Below are positions 26,064 through 34,893 of a stretch of DNA of 64,000 bases, in pieces. The translations under genes were made by a program, and so were the position numbers. The stretch comes from Spirochaetes bacterium GWB1_36_13 (GTDB taxonomy: Bacteria > Spirochaetota > GWB1-36-13), in the NCBI GenBank assembly GCA_001829155.1, contig MIAO01000116.1, forward strand, positions 4,182 to 68,181, written 5' to 3'. Every line of letters begins with the position of its first letter. The stretch's first letter is position 1. The notes beneath the pieces are model-generated. The model did no database searches, was not told the DNA's origin, and saw only the letters and a program-made list of their open reading frames with translations.

Positions 26064-28766
26064 ATGGCAATGGATGAAATGGAAGAATTAAAACAGGAAT
26101 TTTTAAGTGAAGCTTATGACCTTCTCAATTTGATGGAAGACGGAAGTCTGAAATTGGAGCAGAATCCTGAAGACAGCGAAGCCATTAATGGAATCTTCAG
26201 AGTTGCGCATACTTTAAAAGGCGGCGCCGCTTCTTTGGAGCTTTCCCGGATTGCCAATTTTACCCATGAACTGGAGAATCTATTCGATAAAGTCAGGGAT
26301 GGAATGATTCGAATTGATGATTCTATTATAGATATAATTTTAAAATCTCTGGATATTTTAAAAGCATTGGTAAATGCGGCTGCCAAAACAGTGGAAGCAG
26401 AGCCCGGCATTGAAGAGGACACTCTTAAAAAAATTATCAATGCTCAAAAAGACAATATTAAAGAAGTTCCGGCAGTTAAAAAACAAACGGTGAACACGAA
26501 AATGCAGGAGTCTGAAAAAGAACTTATTTTTCAGGATATCCTTTCAGATTATGAAAAAGAACAGATTCAAAAATTGATTTCCGAAAAGAAAAATATATAC
26601 ATTGTCTATATCCGCCTGAATCCTGATTATCCGATGAAAAGCGTCAGCGGGCTTCAAATCTACACAGTGATGAAAGACAGTGGAGAAATTATTTATTCTA
26701 ATCCCAGCATTGACAGTATTCTTGAAGAGGATTTTGTTCCTGAGATTTATTTTGTTTATGCATCGGGGCTGGATAAAGAAAGTCTTTATGATAAAGTTTA
26801 TACTTCTGATGTTACAAACAAGGTGCAGATTCAAAACTATACTCTCCCGAAAAATACAGAAGAGATGGACGATTCTTTTTTTTCAGAAAAGAAATCAGGA
26901 ATAAAAACGCTGACTCAGGAAGATAAAAATAACATCAACCGTTTTTTAAAAGAAGGCAAAAATGTTTTTAAAGTCAGTCTGGAAATAGAAAAAGACAACC
27001 CAATGAGAGAAGTAGATACTCTTTTGATGTATAATACAATCGAATCTTTGGGAGAGATTGTCGTGTCTGTCCCTGAAAAAGAGGAGTTGAAACAAGACAT
27101 TTTTTATCCTTTTCTGGAAATGATTGTTTCAACGCAAATGGATAAAGAAAAAATTAAAGAAAAATGCACGATTACCGGCACAACTAAAAATGTGAAAATA
27201 GCGGTCTTTAAATCGAAAAATGAAGAAGAGGCTGTCCCTGAAAAGAAACCGCCTTTAGAAATAAAAAAAGTTCAGATCCCTGAAAATCAGGAAGATGAAG
27301 CAGAGTCTTTCCAGAATGAGAAAAAGCAGGGTCTTTTAAATGTTTCTTCTCAGTCAGCAGTTCATAAGTCTTTTTTAAAGGTTGAAAGCAGCCGCGTGGA
27401 TATCTTGATGAATTTGGTCAGCGAGCTGGTGATCAGCAAAGCGGGACTGATTGAAACTGCCCAGCAGATTTTATACATGATTGAAAACTTAAGAAACTCA
27501 GGGTTAAATACAAAAAAAATTTTTGAAGGGCTTAATTTTGAAGCGCTGGCTCAGAATGAAGATGATAAAATGAAAAATATTTATCAGTTTTTTAACTCTG
27601 TTACAAGGTCTTCGTGGAATGAGCTGGATAGTTTTGAAAATATTATTAATATTATTTCACGGGTCATCAATGAACTTCAAGAAAGCGTTATGAAGATCCG
27701 AATGATTCCGATCAGCAGTATTTTTAACCGGTTCCCGAGAATTGTGCGGGATCTGGCTAAAAATTTAAATAAAAAAGTGACTCTGGATCTTTTTGGCGAA
27801 GAAACAGAACTGGATAAGTCGGTTATTGAAGAACTTTTGGATCCTATGGTGCATATGATCAGAAATTCAATTGATCATGGAATCGAGATCCCTGATTTAA
27901 GAAAACAAAGGGGAAAATCCGAGGAAGGTAAAATTACTTTAAGCGCCAGTCATGAAGGAAGTATGATCAAGATACAGGTTCAAGACGACGGAAACGGACT
28001 GGATACGGAACGAATTAAAGCAAAAGCAATTGAAAAAGGGCTGATTCCTGAGAATAAAGATTTAACAAAAGAAGAAATTTTAAATCTTATTTTTCAGCCG
28101 GGATTTTCTACAGCATTCGTTATTACAGAAGTTTCAGGGCGGGGTGTGGGAATGGATGTCGTGAAAAGAAAAATCGACAACCTCTCCGGTTCAATTTTTG
28201 TGGAAACAGAAAAACATAAAGGGACAAAGTTTATTATCAAGATTCCTTTGACTCTGGCTATTATTCAGGCGCTGATTGTAGAGATCAACAGTTTTTCTTA
28301 TTCGATCCCGATCAACAGTATTGTGGAGACATTATCTATTACCGAGGATCAGATAGAAAACTTTGAAAACAACGCTGTGATTCGTCTGAGAGATGAAATT
28401 ATTACTGTGATTAATATTAAAGATATTTTCAATTTTAAGGAAAAACAAAACTGGGAAAGTGAAAATCATGAACCCGAGAAAAAGAAACCTTCTCAAAATC
28501 AATCGGAGAATTTATCTGAAGAAGAAAATTCAAATGAAAGGTATGTGGTTATTGTTGAACTTTCAAATAAAAAAGCCGGACTTTTAGTGGATACGGTTAT
28601 TTCCGAGCAGGATATTGTTATTAAGCCGCTCCATAAAAAATATGCGATGACTAAGGGAATCAGCGGAGCCACAATACTGGGAGACGGACGGATCAGTTTG
28701 ATTATTGATATTTCTCAATTGATCGATATGTATGTGAAAAAAGAAGAATATATCCTGATTAAATAA
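26064..28766 (+). CDS. cheA: Chemotaxis histidine kinase CheA (long form, about 900 aa)
   Basis: Hpt with HTLKGGAAS. Kinase N-box HMIRNSIDHGIE, G1 DDGNGLD, G2 GRGVGMDVV. C-terminal CheW-like P5 domain. ATG at 26064 follows a gagg RBS. Confidence 0.93.
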   Translation: MAMDEMEELKQEFLSEAYDLLNLMEDGSLKLEQNPEDSEAINGIFRVAHTLKGGAASLELSRIANFTHELENLFDKVRDGMIRIDDSIIDIILKSLDILKALVNAAAKTVEAEPGIEEDTLKKIINAQKDNIKEVPAVKKQTVNTKMQESEKELIFQDILSDYEKEQIQKLISEKKNIYIVYIRLNPDYPMKSVSGLQIYTVMKDSGEIIYSNPSIDSILEEDFVPEIYFVYASGLDKESLYDKVYTSDVTNKVQIQNYTLPKNTEEMDDSFFSEKKSGIKTLTQEDKNNINRFLKEGKNVFKVSLEIEKDNPMREVDTLLMYNTIESLGEIVVSVPEKEELKQDIFYPFLEMIVSTQMDKEKIKEKCTITGTTKNVKIAVFKSKNEEEAVPEKKPPLEIKKVQIPENQEDEAESFQNEKKQGLLNVSSQSAVHKSFLKVESSRVDILMNLVSELVISKAGLIETAQQILYMIENLRNSGLNTKKIFEGLNFEALAQNEDDKMKNIYQFFNSVTRSSWNELDSFENIINIISRVINELQESVMKIRMIPISSIFNRFPRIVRDLAKNLNKKVTLDLFGEETELDKSVIEELLDPMVHMIRNSIDHGIEIPDLRKQRGKSEEGKITLSASHEGSMIKIQVQDDGNGLDTERIKAKAIEKGLIPENKDLTKEEILNLIFQPGFSTAFVITEVSGRGVGMDVVKRKIDNLSGSIFVETEKHKGTKFIIKIPLTLAIIQALIVEINSFSYSIPINSIVETLSITEDQIENFENNAVIRLRDEIITVINIKDIFNFKEKQNWESENHEPEKKKPSQNQSENLSEEENSNERYVVIVELSNKKAGLLVDTVISEQDIVIKPLHKKYAMTKGISGATILGDGRISLIIDISQLIDMYVKKEEYILIK

Positions 28767-28781
28767 AACGAGGACTGTAGT

Positions 28782-30038
28782 ATGCAGCGTCAGATATTGA
28801 TTATTAAGTTGGACGGGGATTTATACGGAATTGATGTCCGCCTGATTAAAGAAGTAATTAAAAAATATACTCTCCGGGAAATACCTGATGCCCCCAATTT
28901 TATTGAAGGTGTCATCAGTTTACGGGATGATATTGTTCCTCTGATTAAAATTAAAAGAATCTTGAATATGCCTATGTTTGACCTCTATAAGCATAAAAAA
29001 GTGATTATTCTTTATTTTGGAGAAGGAGTTAAAATAGGGATTGTGGTTGACGATGTATTGGGTATTCATTATTATGATGATCAGGAGATTCAGCCTGTCG
29101 ATACGGTTTCCCGTTCCGAAGTCATTAATTATGTCCTTGGAGTAATTAAAAATCAGAATAATCAGAAAATAGCTATTTTAGATGTTTTATCCATGTTTTT
29201 TACGAACAAAGGGGATTTTCTTTATAAAAATTTTCTCAAAAACGGAGATTCTAAAAGAGAAATAAAAATTTTGAAAAAAGATTATTTTTTCCTGAAAGAA
29301 AAAATTGAAAAGAACAAATTTCCATTTAATGCCATCACTCAAAATGAAATTATCAAATATGTCTCAAAAATTTCTACCCTGAAAGGGAAAAAAATAGAAG
29401 AAATTTTAAAAGATCCAAAGTTTTTTGAAACCAGTCATTTTGATCTGGAGCAAACCCGGACCGCATTTTTTGAAAATATTTCTGATATGTACATGATTAC
29501 GGAAGCGGTTGAAAATTTTATTAAAAGAAAAAAAGATATCCGTGTATGGCTTCTTGGTAATGCGACAGGAGAAGATGCTTATTCGATCGCCATGATTTTT
29601 CATTCTTTTGAAATTCCTTTTAAAAACATCCGGATTATCAGTTCAAATGATTCGCTTGAAAAGCTGGTTCAAGCCAGAAAAGGCGTTTATAAAAGAGAAG
29701 CTGTAGAGAAAATTCCTCAAGATCTGGTGGAAAATTATTTTTTACCAAAAGATAAAAAAGAATATTATATTATAAAAGATGAAATCAAAAAAAGTGTTGT
29801 TTTTGATTTTTTTAAGCCAAATTCAAAGTTTCAGCCTTATAATATAGATTTAATTTATGCTCCGAATTACCTTTCTAAAAATACAGAAAAAAGCGATCTT
29901 TTATTGAAAAATTTTTATAAAGCGCTGAATCCTGACGGAATTTTAGCCCTCGGGCTTTTTGAAAATATAGAAGGTTTTGCTAAAAAATTAAAAAAGTATT
30001 ATATTAAAAATAGATTAGTCTTTATTAAGGAGTCCTAG
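28782..30038 (+). CDS. CheW - CheR-like fusion protein
   Basis: N-terminal CheW domain (LIIKLDGDLYGIDVRLIKEV...PNFIEGVISLRDDIVPLI). C-terminal CheR-type methyltransferase-like fold (VWLLGNATGEDAYSIAMIF). Confidence 0.85.
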   Translation: MQRQILIIKLDGDLYGIDVRLIKEVIKKYTLREIPDAPNFIEGVISLRDDIVPLIKIKRILNMPMFDLYKHKKVIILYFGEGVKIGIVVDDVLGIHYYDDQEIQPVDTVSRSEVINYVLGVIKNQNNQKIAILDVLSMFFTNKGDFLYKNFLKNGDSKREIKILKKDYFFLKEKIEKNKFPFNAITQNEIIKYVSKISTLKGKKIEEILKDPKFFETSHFDLEQTRTAFFENISDMYMITEAVENFIKRKKDIRVWLLGNATGEDAYSIAMIFHSFEIPFKNIRIISSNDSLEKLVQARKGVYKREAVEKIPQDLVENYFLPKDKKEYYIIKDEIKKSVVFDFFKPNSKFQPYNIDLIYAPNYLSKNTEKSDLLLKNFYKALNPDGILALGLFENIEGFAKKLKKYYIKNRLVFIKES

Positions 30039-30500
30039 ATGAGAATAGATTTTATAACTCCTTTTCTGGAAGCAACAGAAGAGATTATTAATGAAGTTTT
30101 AGATATCCAGCCTCAGCGGGGAGAAATGGATTTAAAGGCAAATGAAACGATTCCTGATGTGGGGGTTCTGGTGGGGATCACCGGGCAGGCTGTGGGAAGA
30201 ATGCTGATTATTCTGGATAAAACACTGGCTGAAAAACTGGTGGAAATTATGAACGGAGAAGTCTATAAACTGGAAGAAGATATGGCTCAGGCAACGATTG
30301 GGGAAGTCGGTAATATGATCATGGGCAGGGCGATTACAAAGCTTTATGAGCTCGGGTTTCATTTTGAGATCACACCGCCTTCTGTGATTGTGGGAAGATC
30401 TGTTCGAATTTCTACTTTAGGAATTGAAACTTTAGCCGTTCCTTATACTTTTCCTTATGGTTCTATGGAGATAAATATTTCAATAAAAGAGAATGTGTAG
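30039..30500 (+). CDS. cheX: CheY-P phosphatase CheX
   Basis: Size is 153 aa. CheC/CheX active-site helix ATIGEVGNMIMGRA (E-x2-N). Confidence 0.85.
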   Translation: MRIDFITPFLEATEEIINEVLDIQPQRGEMDLKANETIPDVGVLVGITGQAVGRMLIILDKTLAEKLVEIMNGEVYKLEEDMAQATIGEVGNMIMGRAITKLYELGFHFEITPPSVIVGRSVRISTLGIETLAVPYTFPYGSMEINISIKENV

Positions 30501-30551
30501 TATTTAATTTTATAATTAAACTTTGTTAAATTTTGAATAGGGGGATATTTT

Positions 30552-30983
30552 ATGAATAGGGTGATCGAAGAACATATCAATCAGAAACGGCCGGAAGGTG
30601 TCAAAGTGGATGGGACGCCTTATAATATTTTAATAGTTGATGATTCTATGTTTATTGTCAAACAGCTGACGCAAATATTAGGTTCTGAAGCTTATAATAT
30701 TATTGATACCGCAACAGACGGCGAAGAAGGAATCCGAAAATATAAAGAGCTTTATCCAAAAGTGGATCTGGTAACTCTGGATATTACGATGCCGAAAAAA
30801 GACGGTCTTCAGGTTTTGAGAGAAGTGATTGAGTTTGACAAAGAAGCAAAAATTATTATGATCAGCGCGATTGGAAAGCAAGGTTTTGTGAAGGAAGCGC
30901 TGCTTCTGGGAGCAAAGAACTATATTGTTAAACCTTTGAATCGTGAGAAAGTTTTGGAAAGAATAAAAAAAGTTCTGTATTAA
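30552..30983 (+). CDS. cheY: Chemotaxis response regulator CheY
   Basis: Receiver residues ILIVDDS, LVTLDITMP, MISA and VKP are all present. Confidence 0.9.
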   Translation: MNRVIEEHINQKRPEGVKVDGTPYNILIVDDSMFIVKQLTQILGSEAYNIIDTATDGEEGIRKYKELYPKVDLVTLDITMPKKDGLQVLREVIEFDKEAKIIMISAIGKQGFVKEALLLGAKNYIVKPLNREKVLERIKKVLY

Positions 30984-30985
30984 GA

Positions 30986-31351
30986 ATGAAAAAAGTTACA
31001 ATAGTAGAAGACAATGCAGAAATTAACCATTTGATTAAAAGGATTTTAATTTCTGAGAATTATCAAGTAGAACAATATTTCAACGGTCTGGATGTTCTGG
31101 ATTCTTTAGATGAAATTTATCAAAGCGATATTATATTGCTGGATATTATGCTTCCGGGAACAGACGGCTTTCAGATCTATGAAGAATTAAAGAAAAATTA
31201 TCCCTCTTCTTTAAATAAAGTTGTTTTTCTCACAGCAATGTCAGATGATAAAGCAATTCAATTTTTTCAAAAAAATTATTGTCAATATATTATCAAACCT
31301 TTTGATCCTTTCAATCTTTTAAACATTCTGAAAAAAATGAATATTACTTAA
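30986..31351 (+). CDS. Stand-alone receiver-domain response regulator (second CheY-like protein)
   Basis: VEDN, LLDIMLPG, FLTA and IKPF receiver residues. 2-nt gap after cheY. Confidence 0.85.
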   Translation: MKKVTIVEDNAEINHLIKRILISENYQVEQYFNGLDVLDSLDEIYQSDIILLDIMLPGTDGFQIYEELKKNYPSSLNKVVFLTAMSDDKAIQFFQKNYCQYIIKPFDPFNLLNILKKMNIT

Positions 31352-31387
31352 TCTTTAACTCATTTCAACAATACTCAGGAATTTTAA

Positions 31388-32584
31388 ATGAAAAAATCGT
31401 TTCATGCGGCTGTCTTATCTGGTCAAGCTTTGACCGTCATGGCAGGCGCTAGTATAGCTCCCGCTTTAGGGGGGCTTAAAAATTTTTTTTCGTCCTACGA
31501 ATCTCATACTGTCCAGCTCATTATTAGTCTTCCGGCATTATTTATTCTTTTGACAACACTTTTTCAAGGATTTTTATTAGGGCACTGGTCAAAAAGGAAA
31601 CTTCTTTTAACTGGAATTGTTCTTTATATTCTAGGCGGGACGGCTGGAGGATTTGCTTCATATTTCCCTGAAATGCTTATTTACAGGGCGATTCTCGGAA
31701 TTGCGGTAGGTCTTATCATGCCGGCATCGCTTTCTTTGATTGCTGAATCGTATCAAAATGAAGAAAGAAAAAAAATGATGGGGCTTTCCAGTTCGGTTTC
31801 AAATATCGGGGGGCTGACAGGGACACTTTTTGCAGGTTTTCTGGCAGGATTTTGCTGGCGCTATGCGTTTGCCGTGTATCTTTTGGCTCTGCCGGTCTGG
31901 TACCTCATTTTTAAAAACATTCAAGATAAAGTTGTTCTTGCCTCTTCTTTGGAGACTGTTAAAAAGACCCTGTTTCCGAAAAAAGCCTATTTTTATGGGG
32001 TTTGTGCTATGGTCTTCATGGCTTCTTTCTACCTTTTGCCCACAAACATGGCGCTTCTTATACAAAAAGAAAATCTGGGTGAAGCAGGGATTACCGGGCT
32101 GATTTTGAGTCTTTTAACTTTTACAGTTTTTTTAAGCGGTTTCTATTTTCAAAAACTGAGCGCTAAAATACACCTGCTTCCTGTTTATGCTTTTATTTTT
32201 TTTATTGCCGGGTTTATTTTCTTTTCCTTTTCAAAAACTTTAGTGATGATTTTTGTCAGTGTCTCTTTGATTGGTATTGGAATGGGCTTTATTTTTCCTT
32301 TCATTTTTCATGAAGCCTCTCTTTTGGCGCATGGGAAAGAAGGACACAAAGTAATGAATTTGATCACAGGTTCTCTTTTTGCCGGGCAGTTCCTTTCGCC
32401 TGTTTTTTTTGGGGTTTTGAATCAGTTGTTTTTTAAAGAAAATACACGATTTTTGTTTCTTTCAGCCGGAATCGGGCTGGGGCTTTTTGGGCTTTTGATT
32501 TTTATGATGATCAGGATGAAGTTTTTTGGAAATCCTTTCAAATTGAAAATTGATGGAAATAGTTATTCATCAACGAAAGCCTGA
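31388..32584 (+). CDS. MFS transporter
   Basis: About 12 predicted TM helices in a 6+6 layout with a central loop. Gly-rich helices. Confidence 0.75.
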   Translation: MKKSFHAAVLSGQALTVMAGASIAPALGGLKNFFSSYESHTVQLIISLPALFILLTTLFQGFLLGHWSKRKLLLTGIVLYILGGTAGGFASYFPEMLIYRAILGIAVGLIMPASLSLIAESYQNEERKKMMGLSSSVSNIGGLTGTLFAGFLAGFCWRYAFAVYLLALPVWYLIFKNIQDKVVLASSLETVKKTLFPKKAYFYGVCAMVFMASFYLLPTNMALLIQKENLGEAGITGLILSLLTFTVFLSGFYFQKLSAKIHLLPVYAFIFFIAGFIFFSFSKTLVMIFVSVSLIGIGMGFIFPFIFHEASLLAHGKEGHKVMNLITGSLFAGQFLSPVFFGVLNQLFFKENTRFLFLSAGIGLGLFGLLIFMMIRMKFFGNPFKLKIDGNSYSSTKA

Positions 32585-32634
32585 TTAATTTTAAAATTCT
32601 TTTTATAAATCAGTTTTTTGAGACCGCAATAGAA

Positions 32635-32892
32635 TCATAAAGCCCTTTTTTTTAAACTGTTTAAAAAAGCCTCTGTATCGATTTTTTCACTTTCCAAACC
32701 TTCTTTTATTGCTATTGCAAGTCCGTAATCTTCATGGTATTCGTCGAGGTATTTTTTTACTGCGATCCTGATCACTTCTATATAAGCCGATAATCCCAAA
32801 TCCTGTGAAATGTTTTTTAGTTCATTAATCCATTCTTCTGGAAATCGGATCGGAACTGAAACTGTTTTTTTAGTGTTTAATGGGCGTGCCAT
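32635..32892 (-). CDS. Ribbon-helix-helix (CopG-like) antitoxin
   Basis: 85 aa. The N-terminal strand TVSVPIRF followed by two helices gives an RHH pattern. Lies 10 nt downstream of the toxin gene. Confidence 0.65.
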   Translation of the reverse strand: MARPLNTKKTVSVPIRFPEEWINELKNISQDLGLSAYIEVIRIAVKKYLDEYHEDYGLAIAIKEGLESEKIDTEAFLNSLKKRAL

Positions 32893-32902
32893 AAGTCCTC
32901 CT

Positions 32903-33175
32903 CTATGGGAAATATTTATAAATATCCTTTCTATGAAGAAAGCGGACTAAAACAACTCTGTTTTCTTCTGAAAAATATTGAATCCCCAATCTGTAATAAT
33001 TTAATTTTATTCTATAAAAATCTTTAAACCCTTCCATTTTTTTTATCTTTTTAAGACTGGATAAGTTTAGAGAAGTTTTTAATTCATCAATAATTCTGAT
33101 AATATCCTGTAAAACTTCTTTATCATTGATTTTATCAACATCTTTTTCAAATTTTTTAAGAATTTCTACAGTCAT
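32903..33175 (-). CDS. RelE/ParE-superfamily type II toxin (toxin-first, HigB-like gene order)
   Basis: FYRIKLNYYRLGIQYFSEENRVVLVRFLHRKDIYKYFP is a classic RelE/ParE C-terminal signature. ATG at 33175 has a ggaga RBS. The track start at 33229 is an extension. Confidence 0.8.
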   Translation of the reverse strand: MTVEILKKFEKDVDKINDKEVLQDIIRIIDELKTSLNLSSLKKIKKMEGFKDFYRIKLNYYRLGIQYFSEENRVVLVRFLHRKDIYKYFP

Positions 33176-33189
33176 GTTTTCTCCATTTC

Positions 33190-33218
33190 TGTATATTTTA
33201 AATATATAATAATATACA
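33190..33218. promoter_or_regulatory. AT-rich nested palindrome immediately upstream of the toxin RBS (candidate TA operator)
   Basis: tgtatatt...aatataca encloses the perfect dyad tatattt-t-aaatata. Confidence 0.4.
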
Positions 33219-33356
33219 GTGATAGGCAAATAATAAAAATCTGCTTTGTATAGTAAAACAAATTTATTAAATAATCAGAAAAATATGAGATATTTTGTCA
33301 ATAACCTGAAAAGGTGTTGTAAAGGTTTTTGTTTGGTCTGACTCGAATAATTCCTC

Positions 33357-33499
33357 TTGAAGATTTTGTCTGCGGTTTCAAATCCAAACCCCCTAACCCC
33401 CTTATCCTTAAGTCTTTAAGGACAAGGGGGGAGTCCTCCGTGATTTCATCCGTGAAATCAAGTCGGACGGGGAAATCCTGCATCGTGCAGGATTAAAGA
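33357..33499 (+). repeat. Intergenic repeat family C, copy 2 (long form with extra nested hairpins)
   Basis: Same ends as 505-593. Adds an insert containing tccg-tgatttca-tccg-tgaaatca-agt-cgga and aatcctgca-tcg-tgcaggatt. Confidence 0.75.
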
Positions 33500-33763
33500 G
33501 GAAAATTTAAATTTTAAAAAGAGATTTTGTTTCTGAAAGGTTTGTGTGTTATTTTTAATAAAATGAGGTATGAAAAAAAATCAACCTGCCGGGGAAGTGA
33601 TCAAGCAGGGTTTTTTATTGCGTAAAATATTCCAAATGGTATGGATAGATGCAATGGGGCTGTTATCCTAAAAACAGCATGTTTTACGCATTGCATATAA
33701 TGGAGTCATGCGCCATTAATTTGAGCAATTTTTTCTAGTGACAAAATATTTTAAAGAGAAACA

Positions 33764-34744
33764 ATGAGTAAAGGGAATTGGTCATTTATCCATGAATGGA
33801 CAATTTATGAATATATGATTCATAGATCAGAAGAAAACAATTTAAGATTGAAATGCATTTTAAGTGATTCAAAAATCATTAGAAAAGATTTATGGAAGAA
33901 AGTGGAAATTCTAAATCCAATATATAGTACTGATTTTCCTGATATAAAAGGTTTGAAATTTGAAAAAGAAAAAGATTTTAGACCTGCAGAAATTAAATTT
34001 ACAACATCGTTATTTTCATATCATATCGATTCCAAATATAAAGATAAATTTCAAGACTTTAAAAAGCAAAATGGTATTATTCTGGTTTTAAGTCATGATC
34101 AACTTCCGAAAAATTATGATGAAATAAAGGATTTAGATATTTATGAAATTGATAGATCAGATTTTACAGCATTTTGTCGCGAAAATTTTGATAGATTATT
34201 GAATAGACAGATAAAACAGCATGCTGAAACAAAAGTTTGGGTGATGTACGAAGGTCCAAATTTCAATGATTCAACAGAAAATATTAAATCCGCTCGAAAA
34301 TCAAACATTTGGTGTCCAACAGAAAATTTAACAAGTTTTGATTTAGCAATTGGGGATAGAATTTTATTCTTGAAAACAAAAGGTTCTTCATCACAAGATG
34401 TGCAAAATAATTTTGAAAAAGTTAAAGACAAATGGATTCTTACTGAATTAGTAATAACTGAAGTGAGATCAAAAATCAGAAGTCGTTTAGAATATCTTCA
34501 ATTAAATAATCTTAATCCAGATGCTCAATTATGGGTAACTGATCCGTTCGAAAATGGAATGTGGCGTTGGGATCGTGTCTTTGAATTTAAAATAATAAAA
34601 ACATATCAATCAGATATCATTATATCAAATTTTATTAATAAATCGAAAGGGTTTTTTGAAGCAATTCGTGAAGTTTACTGTTTTCGAAAATCAAGAGAAT
34701 TGAAATTGAATGAGTACAGAGATTTTCTTGAAAATTTACTTTAA
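33764..34744 (+). CDS. Orphan two-domain protein: N-terminal PD-(D/E)xK nuclease-like domain plus C-terminal PUA/EVE/ASCH-like beta-barrel (candidate modification-dependent restriction enzyme)
   Basis: FPD60-x15-E76-I-K78 followed by the hydrophobic strand GIILVLSHD. C-terminal pattern VWVMYEG / NIWCPTEN / IGDRILFLKTKG / WILTELVITEV / WDRVFEFKIIK. Very AT-rich. Confidence 0.5.
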   Translation: MSKGNWSFIHEWTIYEYMIHRSEENNLRLKCILSDSKIIRKDLWKKVEILNPIYSTDFPDIKGLKFEKEKDFRPAEIKFTTSLFSYHIDSKYKDKFQDFKKQNGIILVLSHDQLPKNYDEIKDLDIYEIDRSDFTAFCRENFDRLLNRQIKQHAETKVWVMYEGPNFNDSTENIKSARKSNIWCPTENLTSFDLAIGDRILFLKTKGSSSQDVQNNFEKVKDKWILTELVITEVRSKIRSRLEYLQLNNLNPDAQLWVTDPFENGMWRWDRVFEFKIIKTYQSDIIISNFINKSKGFFEAIREVYCFRKSRELKLNEYRDFLENLL

Positions 34745-34893
34745 AATTTTGTATAATTTAATTATTGTTACTATTCGGTATTCTGACCCTCTAAAAGAGT
34801 GTGTTCAATAAACTGTGTGTGGGTTGTTTTTTTATTTAAAATCTACTCTCAAAAATTATACAAAAGTAGATGTTAAACGCAAGTTAATCAATA

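Noticed and set aside
33298-33483. 61-aa minus-strand ORF in the toxin / nuclease-reader intergenic region
   Set aside because: It is composed almost entirely of the palindromic family C repeat and has no RBS. A repeat or ncRNA is the better explanation.
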